A DNA stretch of 64,000 bases, taken from contig CAZNXK010000003.1 in NCBI GenBank assembly GCA_964576835.1, positions 2,044 through 66,043 on the forward strand, written 5' to 3'. Position numbers and translations under genes: made by a program. This DNA comes from an uncultured Treponemataceae bacterium (lineage in GTDB: Bacteria > Spirochaetota > Spirochaetia > Treponematales > UBA12059). Of the stretch, positions 45,982-56,190 are shown one piece after another (positions within the stretch are counted from its first letter, which is position 1; each line of letters begins with the position of its first letter). Below the pieces are notes generated by a model. The model searched no databases. It was not told where the DNA came from and saw only the letters and a list, made by a program, of their open reading frames with translations.

Positions 45982-48900
45982 ACCCTGCCTCCGGCTACCA
46001 GGTAGCGGTGGGAATCGTAGACCGTCTGCGCGATGGTCAGTAGCGGCGCACCGGATGACGACTTGGTCCAGTCTGCCCAGGCGAGCGTCGAGACTGCTTC
46101 ATCGGCGCCCGGAAAGTTGCGCACGACCAGGGCCGGTGTTGCCGCGTTGCCCGTGAAGGCGAAACCGGCGTTGGCGCTTGCGCGGAGCGATGCCTCGTTA
46201 CCGAACAGCGTTGGCTTGCCTGCATAGGGTTTGCCGTCCCAGGGGCAGAAAAAGCCGCAGTTGCCGCACTCGTTGCACAGGTCGTCGACGTGGAGTATCT
46301 GGATGGCCTGGGTCAGGCTGCCATTCGGGGCTACCGGCAGGGCGAAGTTGGCCCTGTTCGGACACACCTCGACGCAGCGGAGGCAGGCTGATCCGCACGA
46401 CAGGCAGCGCTGGGCTTCTCGCTGGACAAAGCCGGGGTGCTCGGGCGGCAGACCCGGAAGGGGCTCGCCACGCCTTGCCAGCTCGGCCTGGTCGGGAAGA
46501 CCTGGTGCCATCCGCATGATAGTCGGTTCGATGCCGGCGGCCCTGAGGATGGCGTAGGCGGCAAGTCGTCCGTCTGCCTCGGCCGCTATGATGCTGGCGG
46601 GCCCGCGTCTGGCGTCGCCAGCGGCGTAGAGCCCGGGCTTGCTCGTCGCCATCGACGATGGATCGACGACGGGCAGACCATTCTTGCCTATCGCTGCGCC
46701 CAGTTCCTCGAACAGTCGGCGGTCGGGACTCTCGCCGACTGCCGCAATCACGAGATCGCAGGGCATGTCGCGGACGCGGTCCGACGGGACTGGCGACCGC
46801 CTGCCGGACGCGTCGGGCTCGCCGAGCGTCATTTCTCGAACGCGGAGCACTGGAAGGCTGCCGGCCGCGGCAGGCGACATGCGCTCTGGAAGGGAAAGCT
46901 CGGCATAGCTCGCGCCGTCAGCAAGCGCGGCTTCGAACTCCTCGCGGTCAGCCGGCATTTCGACCAGGGACCTTCGGTACAGGATGCTGACGGCCGGTTT
47001 CCCCGGCAGCCGGGCGGCGACGCGTGCGGCGTCCATGGCCGTGTTGCCGCCGCCGGTGACTACCACGGCCTTGTAGCCGTCGAAACCGCCAGAGTCGGAG
47101 GCTCCGTCATGTGCCGCCGCAAGGAATTCCAGCGCATCGACGACGCGGATTCCGGAACCTTCGAGCGGCAGTTCCCGGGGCACCGGAGCGCCTGTGGCCA
47201 CGACCATGGCGGTGAAGCCGTCCCTGGAAAGCGCGTCCCGGTCGACCACGCCCGGGCGTCCCAGGCTGAATTCGGCGCCGAGCGCCCGTATCCTGTCGGT
47301 ATCTGCGGTGATGTCTTCCCGCGAGATGCGGAAGGCGGGAATTACGTTGGCGGGAACGCCTCCCGGATGCCTGTCCTCGTCGAACACGGTCACCGGGTAG
47401 CCCTCAAGGGCGAGGTAGTGGGCGCATGACAGGCCCGCCGGACCCGCGCCTATCACTGCGGCCTTGCCCTTGCCGGTGATGGCCGGCTTCCTGACGGGCG
47501 GAATTGAGGCCGCTCGGGCGCAGGCCAATTTCATGGAGCGGATCTCCACCGGGCCTTCGTAGTCGACGCGGGAACAGGCGTACATGCACTGGTGGTCGCA
47601 GAGCACGCCGGTGATGTGCGGCAGGGGGTTGTCCGCGAGCACTATCGACAAGGCCTTTTTAGCGTCGCCGGATGCAAGCGCCTTCATGTAGGCAGGCGGC
47701 TTCTGGCCGGCCGGGCAGGCCTCGACGCAAGGCGCGGCGAAGCAGTCGGTAAACGGAAGGCTTTTCTTGATGGAGGCTTCGCCCTTCTTCCAGTCGCCGC
47801 GGTAGGTCTCGTCGTGGAGGGCCGCGTCGGCAAGCCTTGCGAGCCTGGCCGCGTCGGGCCTGGCTGGAACGCCTGCCAGGACTGCCCTGACAGCCTCCCT
47901 GGCCATCGGTTCCAGGCGGAGGTATCCGCCCGGTTTGAGTATGTCGGTGGCGACGGTCAGCGGCCCCAGGCCCGCGGCCATGCAGTCGAATGCGTTGTGG
48001 GCGCTCGCGCCGCCGCAGTACGAGAATGCGGGCGGCTCGGGCATCTCCGCGGCCATGCGGGCGGCCAGCCTGGCGGTTATCGGGAACAGAGCGCGGCCAG
48101 ACATGTAGCGTTCGCCGCCGGGCATCCTGACCCCGTCGTTGACGTTGGCGAGGGTATTCGACAGCTTGACTCCGAAGCGGACGCCCTTGGCCGCGGCCTT
48201 GAGCCGAAGCGAGGCGACGAGGCCGAGCGCCGCGTCGAACTGCAGGTCGTGCTCGAAGGTGGGCCTCTTGACGATGATGCGCTGCCAGCCTGTCTCGTCA
48301 AGGATTCCCCTGACCTCGTCATAGCCCAGGAGGGTGGGATTGAGCTTCACGTAGGCGTCGAAGCCCTTTTCTTCTATTAAATAAGCGCCGATGCGTTCTA
48401 TCTCTTCGGGCGGGCAACCATGCATCGTCGAAAGCGTCACCGAGTGAATCGGGCGCGAAGGGATTGCCTTCAGCGCAGTGCGGGCCCGGGCAGTCCCGTC
48501 GGCGCCGAAGGCTCGCGCGAACGAAGGCTCGGCGATCGCGGCCCTGGCATCTGCCATGGCCGTTTCCCATATCGGCGTGCCCGCGGGAGAACGCATGCCC
48601 TCGATGAAGGCGTCCATCTTCGGTCCCTTGATGCCATCCAGCGTGTAGCCGACCGACATGTTGAACATCAGCGCGCCCGGCTTTTCACCGAGAGCGGCGC
48701 GGAGCGCATGAATCGCTATCCACGCGCGAAGATACTCGGCCCTCGCCTCGTCGAGGAGGAGTTCCGTTGACCACTCGACGTTGTGGCCCTCGTCAAGCGC
48801 GTCGATGCACGGCTTGGCGATGTCGAGCCTGTCGTTCTCCTGCACCGTCTTGAGCTCGAAGACGCGGGCGCCTGCCAGCCAGGCCGCGACGATGTTCGGC

Positions 48901-49121
48901 GCGATCTGCGTATGCGGACCGGCAGCCGGACCCACGGGCAGGCCTATCCGCAGGCCGTTGACCGGAAATCCTGGAGACCCGGCTTCCAGTTCGAGGACGC
49001 GCCTCACGAGGGCGCCGGGAATGTCGTAAGCGCTGTCGCGCGCTGCCCATTCGCCTGTGATCCTGGTTAAAAGCTCCCTCATGGGAAGAGACTTCATTAT
49101 CTTGCTCACCGGTACCCCCAT
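45978..49121 (-). CDS. ygfK: YgfK-type Fe-S/FAD oxidoreductase (annotated elsewhere as putative selenate reductase subunit)
   Basis: About 1040 aa. The N-terminus RELLTRITGEW...PVGPAAGPHTQIAPNIVAAWLAGARVFELKTVQ parallels E. coli YgfK. It also has a central GltD-like NAD/FAD domain (AVIGAGPAGLSCA) and C-terminal ferredoxin cysteines. The start is ATG 49121 or ATG 49097. Confidence 0.88.
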   Translation of the reverse strand: MGVPVSKIMKSLPMRELLTRITGEWAARDSAYDIPGALVRRVLELEAGSPGFPVNGLRIGLPVGPAAGPHTQIAPNIVAAWLAGARVFELKTVQENDRLDIAKPCIDALDEGHNVEWSTELLLDEARAEYLRAWIAIHALRAALGEKPGALMFNMSVGYTLDGIKGPKMDAFIEGMRSPAGTPIWETAMADARAAIAEPSFARAFGADGTARARTALKAIPSRPIHSVTLSTMHGCPPEEIERIGAYLIEEKGFDAYVKLNPTLLGYDEVRGILDETGWQRIIVKRPTFEHDLQFDAALGLVASLRLKAAAKGVRFGVKLSNTLANVNDGVRMPGGERYMSGRALFPITARLAARMAAEMPEPPAFSYCGGASAHNAFDCMAAGLGPLTVATDILKPGGYLRLEPMAREAVRAVLAGVPARPDAARLARLADAALHDETYRGDWKKGEASIKKSLPFTDCFAAPCVEACPAGQKPPAYMKALASGDAKKALSIVLADNPLPHITGVLCDHQCMYACSRVDYEGPVEIRSMKLACARAASIPPVRKPAITGKGKAAVIGAGPAGLSCAHYLALEGYPVTVFDEDRHPGGVPANVIPAFRISREDITADTDRIRALGAEFSLGRPGVVDRDALSRDGFTAMVVATGAPVPRELPLEGSGIRVVDALEFLAAAHDGASDSGGFDGYKAVVVTGGGNTAMDAARVAARLPGKPAVSILYRRSLVEMPADREEFEAALADGASYAELSLPERMSPAAAGSLPVLRVREMTLGEPDASGRRSPVPSDRVRDMPCDLVIAAVGESPDRRLFEELGAAIGKNGLPVVDPSSMATSKPGLYAAGDARRGPASIIAAEADGRLAAYAILRAAGIEPTIMRMAPGLPDQAELARRGEPLPGLPPEHPGFVQREAQRCLSCGSACLRCVEVCPNRANFALPVAPNGSLTQAIQILHVDDLCNECGNCGFFCPWDGKPYAGKPTLFGNEASLRASANAGFAFTGNAATPALVVRNFPGADEAVSTLAWADWTKSSSGAPLLTIAQTVYDSHRYLVAGGRV

Positions 49122-50500
49122 CGAAGATGTTTTCCGTATCCGGCCCTGGCCACTATGCCCGCGGCCGCGTTCCCGCCCTTGTCAGCTTCGTGCGCGTCCC
49201 ACACAGCCCGACCCCGTACAAACGTATGGAGTATCGAGCCTGCCAGGACCATCCCCTCGAACGGCGTAATGCTTCCCTTGCTCAACAGCCCGCTTCCCCT
49301 GACCAGATAGTCCCCGTGCGGATCGACAAGGACCAGGTCGGCATCCATGCCGACGGCTATCGATCCCTTGCGGCCCGACAGCCCGAATCTGGCTGCGGCC
49401 CCTCCGCCGGAGACCCGCAGGAAAGACTGGAGCGTCAGCCTGCCGGTCTTGTAGCCCCGCGCGTACAGGTAGGGAAAGAGCGTGCCCGTCCCGGGAATGC
49501 CGCCATAGTCGGTCCAGATGGAACCGGTGTTCTTTTCGGACTCCGGCGCAGGGGCGTGGTCGCTGGCACAGTACAGTATCGAGCCCGATGCGAGGAGATT
49601 CCACAACTGGTCGGCCTGGCCCCTGGATTTGACAGGCGGCGCCGTCTTGAGGGACGAACCCTTGGCTGCGAAATCGTCCCGGCAGAAAGCCAGGTAGTGG
49701 GGAGCGGTCTCGCAGCTCGCTCCCGATGCCGCCACGAGCCGGGCCGCCTCGGCGGTGCCGACGTGCACCACGTGAAGGCTCTCTTCATGGCCCTTCGCCG
49801 AAGCTATGGCCGCGGAGACAGCGGAGATTTCAGCGGATTCCGGCCGCGAGTCGACATAGTCGTCCCAGCTCGCACGCCTGCCTTCGGCCCCTGACCGCGC
49901 CTTCATGGCCTGTGTGGCGGGCACTACCATGGCTGGGTCTTCCGCGTGCAGGAGGAGCGGGCGCACCAGTCCGGATGCCTTGGCGATTGCACGACCGAGA
50001 TCCATGGTGTCAACAGCGGTGAAGGTATCCATGCCCGATATGAGGTAGCACTTGAAGCCGACCACGTCAGGCGCCAGCTCGGCCATGTCCCGATCGAGCG
50101 CTTCCTCGACGCGGTGTCCCGAGACGCCCCCGAACAGCGCATAGTCCACGACGCCGTGGTTGCCCATCGCCGCGAGCTTTTCACGGAGATTGGCAGCGGT
50201 GGTCACCGGAGGCAGGCTGGTGCACGGCATGTCTATGACAGTGGTGACGCCACCGCGGGCGGCCGCCATCGTGCCGTGATAAAAGTCTTCGCGGTGGGTG
50301 AAGCCGGGTTCGTCGAAGTGGACATGGGGATCGATGGCTCCGGGGAAAACCTCGAGGCCGCTCGCGTCGATGACGTCCTCACCCGGAGCTGCCGCGATCG
50401 AGGCGGCTATCTCGACGATAGTCTCGCCTTCGATGCGGATGTCGCGCCTTTCGAGGGCGTCCCGGCCAGGGAGGGCGCAGAGGCCGCTCTGGATGATCAT
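49106..50500 (-). CDS. Cyclic amidohydrolase (allantoinase/dihydroorotase/hydantoinase family), occupying the hyuA position
   Basis: 464 aa with GAIDPHVHFDEPG and GGVTTVIDMP motifs of the allantoinase/DHOase subgroup. Its start overlaps the xdhB stop by 4 nt. Confidence 0.8.
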   Translation of the reverse strand: MIIQSGLCALPGRDALERRDIRIEGETIVEIAASIAAAPGEDVIDASGLEVFPGAIDPHVHFDEPGFTHREDFYHGTMAAARGGVTTVIDMPCTSLPPVTTAANLREKLAAMGNHGVVDYALFGGVSGHRVEEALDRDMAELAPDVVGFKCYLISGMDTFTAVDTMDLGRAIAKASGLVRPLLLHAEDPAMVVPATQAMKARSGAEGRRASWDDYVDSRPESAEISAVSAAIASAKGHEESLHVVHVGTAEAARLVAASGASCETAPHYLAFCRDDFAAKGSSLKTAPPVKSRGQADQLWNLLASGSILYCASDHAPAPESEKNTGSIWTDYGGIPGTGTLFPYLYARGYKTGRLTLQSFLRVSGGGAAARFGLSGRKGSIAVGMDADLVLVDPHGDYLVRGSGLLSKGSITPFEGMVLAGSILHTFVRGRAVWDAHEADKGGNAAAGIVARAGYGKHLRWGYR

Positions 50501-52785
50501 CTGGCCGCCTCCTGATCCGTTCCCGCCGGCAGCGGCTCGGTCATGAAAAGCATGGCCTTCTCCGGAGTCATCGGCAGGTCGTGCACCGATGGCGCCTCAG
50601 GGCGGGCCGCCTTGAGCGCGTCGAGCACGGCAAAGTAGCCGGCGATTCCGTACATCAGTGGCGGCTCGCCTACCGCCTTGGAATTGGCGACAGCCTTGGG
50701 GTTTGGACGGGTGAAAAATTCGACGTCCATCGCCGGCATGAAGTGCGCGTCCGGAAGCTTGTAGGTGGACAGCGTATCGGACAGGAGCCGACCTTCGTCG
50801 TCGAACTTGAGTTCCTCGAGCGCCGCCCAGCCAAGACCCTGGGCAAAGGCGCCTTCTATCTGGCCCATGTCGACGAGCGGATCAAGCGACTCGGCTATGT
50901 CGTGGACGATGAAGGCGTCGTCGAAACGGTAGCTGCCGCGCAGCACGTCGAGCGTCGCGGTGACGACGGCGCATCCGTAGACGTGGTACAGGAACGGCGT
51001 GCCGTGTTCGGCCTTCAAGTCGTAGTGGAGGCCCGGCGTCGCGTAGAATCCGTGGGCCGAGAGGTCGACCCGCCTCTCGTACGCCATGCCTGCCAGGTCC
51101 GCGAACGTCAGCCCGCCTGACCCGGCGCCCCTTGTGACTACCAGGCCGTCGACGATGTCCAGAGACTCCGGGGATGCGCCGAGCTTCTCGGCCGCAAGTG
51201 CGACAAGACGCTTGCGAATCTCGAGGCAGGCGACGCGGGCGGCCATCGCGTTGATGTCCGCTCCGGAACTGGCCGCCGTCGCCACCGTGTTTGCCACGGT
51301 CGTCGTCCTCGTGCTCTCGATGCGCACCTTCCCGATAGGCGCGCCAAGCGTCCTGGCCGAGACGAGGGCGATTTTTCTGCCGACGCCCTGGCCCATCTCT
51401 ATGGCGCCGGTGCTCACCGACACCGAGCCGTCGTTGAACACGTGGACGAGCGCGCCGCCCTGGTTGAGCATGATTTTGGTGAAACTGATGCCGAAGCACA
51501 GGGGGAAGACGGCGGCTCCGCGCTTCTGCGCCTTGTTCGCGCGGTTGAAGGCCGCTATGCCTGCGCGGAGCTCCTTCCATCGGGCTTTCTCGAGGCAGCG
51601 ATCGAATGTCTCCCTGGCGCGGACGTCTTCCATCTTCATGCCGTAATGGGACATGTCTCCCTCCGACAGCAGGTTCTTGCGCTGTATGTCCACGGGGTCC
51701 ATCCCGAGTGCCCTGGCTGCCTTCTCTATGGCGCTTTCGATGACAAAGAGGCCCTGTGGCCCGCCAAAACCCCTGAACGCGGTGAAGGGCACGAGGTTTG
51801 TCCGGCACATCGTCCCGGTGGCGCGGACGTTGGGGATGTGGTAGGCGCCGGCCGCGTGGAAGAGGGTGCGCGGCAGTATCGCGGGCGACAGGTCGGTCGC
51901 GGCGCCCGCGTTCTGGTAATAGTCCGCCTCGAATGCCAGGATGGTGCCGTCCTTCTTGAGGCCTATCTTGTAGTCCGACGAGTACGGGTGGCGCTTGCCT
52001 GTGCTGACCATGTCGTCGCGTCGGTTGAGGTAGAGTTTGACGGGAAGGCCTGTCTTGACAGCACCGAGCGACGCGAGCGCCGCCCAGCCGGAAGCCTGGT
52101 CTTCCTTGCCGCCGAAGGCGCCGCCCAGGCGCCTTGTCTCCACCTCGACCAGATTCTTCGGCAGGCCGAGAACCCTGGCGATGATGGACTGCACTCCCGA
52201 GGGACTCTGGGTTCCGGAGAATACCCTGACGCCGCCCGAGTCCTCGGGGTAGGCGATGGCGCCCTGGGTCTCGAGGTAGACGTGTTCCTGGCCGCCCGAT
52301 TCGACGCGCCCGGATACGACGACGTCGCAGGAGGCGAAGGCGGCTTCAGGATCGCCTGTCACCTGGGTCCGCGGCGACAGGATGATGTCGCCCCGCCTGA
52401 ACGCGACGCGCGGGTCGACGACGACGGGCAGGTCCTGCCTCCCGGTAATGGCGACGCGGGCGGCCGAACGTCGGGCAACCGACCGTGACGGGGCGAGCAC
52501 GAGGGCGAGCACCTGTCCCCGGAAGTGCCACTCGCCTGTCGCGAGCATCTGCTCGTCTGCCACGGCGGTGCCCAGCTGGTTGTCGCCGGGTACGTCGGCC
52601 GCAGTCAGCACGTGGACGCCAGGCGCGTAGGCCAGCGCGGCCGACGTATCGAGGCCCGTGAAGCTGCCATGGGCCGACGGCGAGCAGACGATCGCCGCGT
52701 GGAGCATGCCGGAATTCTCGGGCATGTCGTCGATGTATGTCGTCTTGCCCATCACGTTGAGTACGGAATCGGGGTTGCGTTTCAT
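50497..52785 (-). CDS. xdhB: Xanthine dehydrogenase molybdopterin-binding large subunit
   Basis: The true start MKRNPDSVLNVMGKTTYIDDMP is at 52785 (ATGA overlap with xdhA), 762 aa. Moco hydroxylase motifs are present (GGAFGGKE, FRGFGGPQG). The upstream 383 codons of ORF 50497..53934 are a shadow frame. Confidence 0.88.
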   Translation of the reverse strand: MKRNPDSVLNVMGKTTYIDDMPENSGMLHAAIVCSPSAHGSFTGLDTSAALAYAPGVHVLTAADVPGDNQLGTAVADEQMLATGEWHFRGQVLALVLAPSRSVARRSAARVAITGRQDLPVVVDPRVAFRRGDIILSPRTQVTGDPEAAFASCDVVVSGRVESGGQEHVYLETQGAIAYPEDSGGVRVFSGTQSPSGVQSIIARVLGLPKNLVEVETRRLGGAFGGKEDQASGWAALASLGAVKTGLPVKLYLNRRDDMVSTGKRHPYSSDYKIGLKKDGTILAFEADYYQNAGAATDLSPAILPRTLFHAAGAYHIPNVRATGTMCRTNLVPFTAFRGFGGPQGLFVIESAIEKAARALGMDPVDIQRKNLLSEGDMSHYGMKMEDVRARETFDRCLEKARWKELRAGIAAFNRANKAQKRGAAVFPLCFGISFTKIMLNQGGALVHVFNDGSVSVSTGAIEMGQGVGRKIALVSARTLGAPIGKVRIESTRTTTVANTVATAASSGADINAMAARVACLEIRKRLVALAAEKLGASPESLDIVDGLVVTRGAGSGGLTFADLAGMAYERRVDLSAHGFYATPGLHYDLKAEHGTPFLYHVYGCAVVTATLDVLRGSYRFDDAFIVHDIAESLDPLVDMGQIEGAFAQGLGWAALEELKFDDEGRLLSDTLSTYKLPDAHFMPAMDVEFFTRPNPKAVANSKAVGEPPLMYGIAGYFAVLDALKAARPEAPSVHDLPMTPEKAMLFMTEPLPAGTDQEAAR

Positions 52786-54254
52786 GCGAGGAGCTCCTCC
52801 TCGAGCATGAGCCGGGGCCACAGCCTCGTGAATGCCGCCCACGCCAGCCTTTCGAGCAGGCGCTTGCGATACACCGACGAGCCGCGGACGTCGCTCATCG
52901 GGCTGCCCGCGGCGGAGGCCAGGGAGCCGACCTCGCGGGCGAGAGCCGCCGAGGGTTTCCTGCCTGCCATGGCCTTCTCCACGTCCAGGAGCCGCAACGG
53001 GGTCGCCGCCACGCCTCCGGCGGAATACCTGGCCGCGGCTATCGTCCCGTCCGCCGCCATGCGGACGGCTACGGCGCAATTGACGGTGGCGATGTCTAGC
53101 CGTTCCCTCTTGCTCGCCTTCTCGAAAGCGAAGCGGGTCCAGCCGCCTTCGAACTCTATCCCGACCACCCGCTCTCCCTGGCGCAGGTCTATCTTCTTGT
53201 AGCCAAGGAAAAAGTCCTCGAGCGGTACCGAGCGTCGCCCCTTTTCTCCACCCGACATCTCGACTATGGCGCCGAGGGCAATCAGCATGGCCGTCATGTC
53301 CGCTATCGGGGACGCGTTGACGATGTTGCCGGCAAGCGTAGCGCGGTTGCGTATCGGCGGCGACGCTATCGAGAGTTCGCTGTCCTCTATGCCAGGCGCG
53401 GCTCCTCGGACGATGGGCGAGCCGAAGAAGTCGGTGACGGTCGCCGCTGGCCCGACGCTCACGAAGGCGAACTTGCCGGGCCGCGTACTCTCTGGCGGCA
53501 GTTCGACTATCCTTCTGGCTTCCGATCCCGAGTCGGTGAACGACGGCGCAAGCCCGTCTTCGGGGTCTGGATTCCGTACGAAGTAATCGGTGCCGCCGCC
53601 CAGCACCGGACCGGCAGTGTCGCCGTGGCCGGAGGCGGCAAGAGCGGGCGTGGACGCTTTTCCGGCCGGTTTCGGGGGCTTGGCCATCGCGGCCGCGAGG
53701 CCGGCGGGCAGCACGCGCCTCGAAGCGAGGACCGCGAGCCTCGGACCGAGCCCGAGCGGCAGGTCTGCGAACTCGAGCGCGAGCCTGGATGCGGCGCGGC
53801 GGATCGAGCCGTAGCCCGTGCAGCGGCATAGGTTGCCCTCGACGGCTACCATGGCCGCGATCGGGTCGACCCTGGCACCCGCGACGAGGTAGCCGGTCAG
53901 CGCCAGAACGAAACCAGGCGAGCAGAAGCCGCACTGACTGGCACCTTCATCGAGCATCGCTTCCATCACTGGCGTCAGGCCGGCTGATGAGAGCCCCTCG
54001 ATGGTCACCAGGTGCCTGCCGTCCAGTTCGCCCATCGCCAGCGTGCACGAGGTGACGGATCGCCACTCGGTGTCGCCTGCCGGGCCTGAGCCGCCGAGGA
54101 GGACGAGGCATGCGCCGCAGTCGCCTTCGCGGCAACCTTCCTTGGTTCCCTTGAGTCCCGCCTCGTTGCGTATCCAGTCGAGGGACAGTGCTTCCTCCCG
54201 GACGGTGATTTCGAGGTCTGTCTCGTTGAGCCTGAACCTGATGTTTCGTGTCAT
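52782..54254 (-). CDS. xdhA: Xanthine dehydrogenase small subunit ([2Fe-2S] + FAD-binding domains)
   Basis: 490 aa with the plant-type ferredoxin motif CREGDCGACLV, the second cluster CGFCSPG...CRCTGY, and then an FAD-binding CODH-flavoprotein-like domain. Confidence 0.88.
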   Translation of the reverse strand: MTRNIRFRLNETDLEITVREEALSLDWIRNEAGLKGTKEGCREGDCGACLVLLGGSGPAGDTEWRSVTSCTLAMGELDGRHLVTIEGLSSAGLTPVMEAMLDEGASQCGFCSPGFVLALTGYLVAGARVDPIAAMVAVEGNLCRCTGYGSIRRAASRLALEFADLPLGLGPRLAVLASRRVLPAGLAAAMAKPPKPAGKASTPALAASGHGDTAGPVLGGGTDYFVRNPDPEDGLAPSFTDSGSEARRIVELPPESTRPGKFAFVSVGPAATVTDFFGSPIVRGAAPGIEDSELSIASPPIRNRATLAGNIVNASPIADMTAMLIALGAIVEMSGGEKGRRSVPLEDFFLGYKKIDLRQGERVVGIEFEGGWTRFAFEKASKRERLDIATVNCAVAVRMAADGTIAAARYSAGGVAATPLRLLDVEKAMAGRKPSAALAREVGSLASAAGSPMSDVRGSSVYRKRLLERLAWAAFTRLWPRLMLEEELLA

Positions 54255-54453
54255 GACCGGTCCTTTTCTGAAACAGTATCGACGACGAAATGCGGACCGC
54301 CCGATGCGGCCCGTACGTGCAGATGCCGCGTATGGTATTCGGTATGTATACCGGAATTGTACGACGTAGCCCTTTCAAAGGCAATGAGGAAGTGACTGTC
54401 TGTTGATTCGGGGGTGGAGTACCGGGGGCGCCGCCGGATTCGGCCTGAGAGCG

Positions 54454-56190
54454 TCAAGGCATTTTAAATAGTGATACCTGTTCGAACGTGTCAACGTCGA
54501 CGAGACCCTTGTCGGTGATCTTGAGCGAGGGGATCACCGGCAGGGCCATGAACGAGAGGGTCATGAGGGGTGAGGCTCCCGGCATGCCTTCCATCCTGAA
54601 AAAATCTTCGAATAGAGCCAGCTTGGCGATGACTTCGTCAGCCGGCCTGTCGCTCATGAGGCCCGCGACAGGCAAGGCCAGTTCTGCAAGGACCGCGTCG
54701 CCGTCGGTGATGACGAAACCGCCCTTCATGGCGTTGAGCCTTCGTGCTGCCTTGAATATAGACGCGTCGTCCACGCCGGCGATGATCATGTTGTGCGAGT
54801 CGTGGCTGACGGTGGAACCCATCGCTCCGCGTTTCATCCTGAGGCCACGGATGAAGCCTTTGCCGATTGACCCCGAGCCGGTATGCCGCTCTATCACGAA
54901 AATCTTGATGATGTCGCGTGTCGTGTCGGAGACGCAAAGCCTTTCGGCTACTTTCGGGCGTTCCAGCGATGCGCCCGTGATGATCGAACCTGGCTGTGCC
55001 TCTATCACCCTTGCCAGGCCGCCCTCGTCGGGGATGCGGAAGTCTTTCTCCTCGAGCCATTTGATGTTGACCGAGTCGCGGAGCGGAGGCACGAGTACCG
55101 AACCGCCCATCTTCTCGTAGCCGGCAGTCGGAACTCCGCCCTTGGCGATGATTTCGCCTGCCTTGAACACGATGTCCGCGCGGAAGTCAGCTGGATCGGA
55201 AAAAGCGACGAGGTCGGCCTTGTAGCCGGGCGCTATCGCTCCCGACCGCCTGAGGCCATAGTAGAGGGCGGGGTTGTGGCACGCCATCCTGAGAGCGTCG
55301 AGTAGCGGCACGCCGCCGGAGACGAGCGCCCGCAGCGCGGCGTCTATGTGGCCTTCGGTGGCTATGTCGTTCGGGTGGCGGTCGTCGGTGCACAGCATCA
55401 TGCGGCGGATTGTCTCGCCGTTCATCGCGGGTATAAGGTTTTCCAGGTCGCGGGCGCTCGATCCGAGTCGGGCCATGATCCACATGCCCTTGCCGAGTTT
55501 GGCGAGCGCTTCCTCGGGGGTGGTGGCTTCGTGGTCGCTGCGGATCCCCGAAAGGGCGTACGCCGACAGGTCGCGGCCGGACAGCCCCGGCGCGTGGCCG
55601 TCAATGGCTTTGCCCGCTTCCCAGAACAGGGAGATCTTGTCCATGATACGCGGGTCGGCGGCCAGGACGCCGGGGTAGTTCATCACCTCGCCGAGGCCCA
55701 GGACCCGCTCGTCCCGCGCGAAACGGGCCAGGTCGGAGGCGAAGAGCGAAGCCCCTGCCGTATCGAAGTGCGTCGCGGGCACGCAGGAAGGAACCATGAT
55801 GTAGACATCCAGGGGAATGCCGTCGGAAGCGCGGAGCATCCAGTTGATGCCATCGTGGCCGAGTACGTTCGCTATCTCGTGCGGGTCGGCGATGATTGCC
55901 GTGGTACCGCGGGGCGCGACCATCCTCGCGTATTCGACCGGGGACAGAAGGCTCGATTCTATGTGGACATGCGCGTCGACCAGGCCCGGGCAAAGGTACT
56001 TGCCTCCGAGGTCCAGAGTCCTTCTGGCCTCGAGCCCGTCATTGACGCCGACTATGTAGCCCCGGTACACCGACACCACGGCCCCGTCGACGATACGCCC
56101 GCGAAAAAAATCCACCATGCGGCAATCGATGAGGTTGATATCCGCGGGTGTCCGTCCCCGGGCAACGTCGATGTAGTCGGTTTTAAGCAT
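54454..56190 (-). CDS. ade: Adenine deaminase
   Basis: 578 aa. GLVDAHVHIESS and TAIIADPHEIANV motifs and the overall length are typical of Ade (AdeC). Confidence 0.9.
   Translation of the reverse strand: MLKTDYIDVARGRTPADINLIDCRMVDFFRGRIVDGAVVSVYRGYIVGVNDGLEARRTLDLGGKYLCPGLVDAHVHIESSLLSPVEYARMVAPRGTTAIIADPHEIANVLGHDGINWMLRASDGIPLDVYIMVPSCVPATHFDTAGASLFASDLARFARDERVLGLGEVMNYPGVLAADPRIMDKISLFWEAGKAIDGHAPGLSGRDLSAYALSGIRSDHEATTPEEALAKLGKGMWIMARLGSSARDLENLIPAMNGETIRRMMLCTDDRHPNDIATEGHIDAALRALVSGGVPLLDALRMACHNPALYYGLRRSGAIAPGYKADLVAFSDPADFRADIVFKAGEIIAKGGVPTAGYEKMGGSVLVPPLRDSVNIKWLEEKDFRIPDEGGLARVIEAQPGSIITGASLERPKVAERLCVSDTTRDIIKIFVIERHTGSGSIGKGFIRGLRMKRGAMGSTVSHDSHNMIIAGVDDASIFKAARRLNAMKGGFVITDGDAVLAELALPVAGLMSDRPADEVIAKLALFEDFFRMEGMPGASPLMTLSFMALPVIPSLKITDKGLVDVDTFEQVSLFKMP

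Noticed and set aside
50497-53934. 1145-aa ORF that looks like a giant fusion extending xdhB upstream. The same pattern is seen for 38144..39427 (427 aa) and 35280..38204.
   Set aside because: The N-terminal extensions are Arg-rich nonsense overlapping the real upstream genes (xdhA-like, amidohydrolase) in another frame. Homology begins at internal ATGs (52785, 38962, 38147) that form ATGA overlaps or follow GGAGGA sites.
34003-54254. Looked for in-frame TGA (selenocysteine) recoding or SECIS-like hairpins, because this cluster type is linked to selenium.
   Set aside because: All genes are uninterrupted ORFs of the expected length. The selenium link in this family is thought to be a labile cofactor rather than encoded selenocysteine, and no split ORF pairs were seen.
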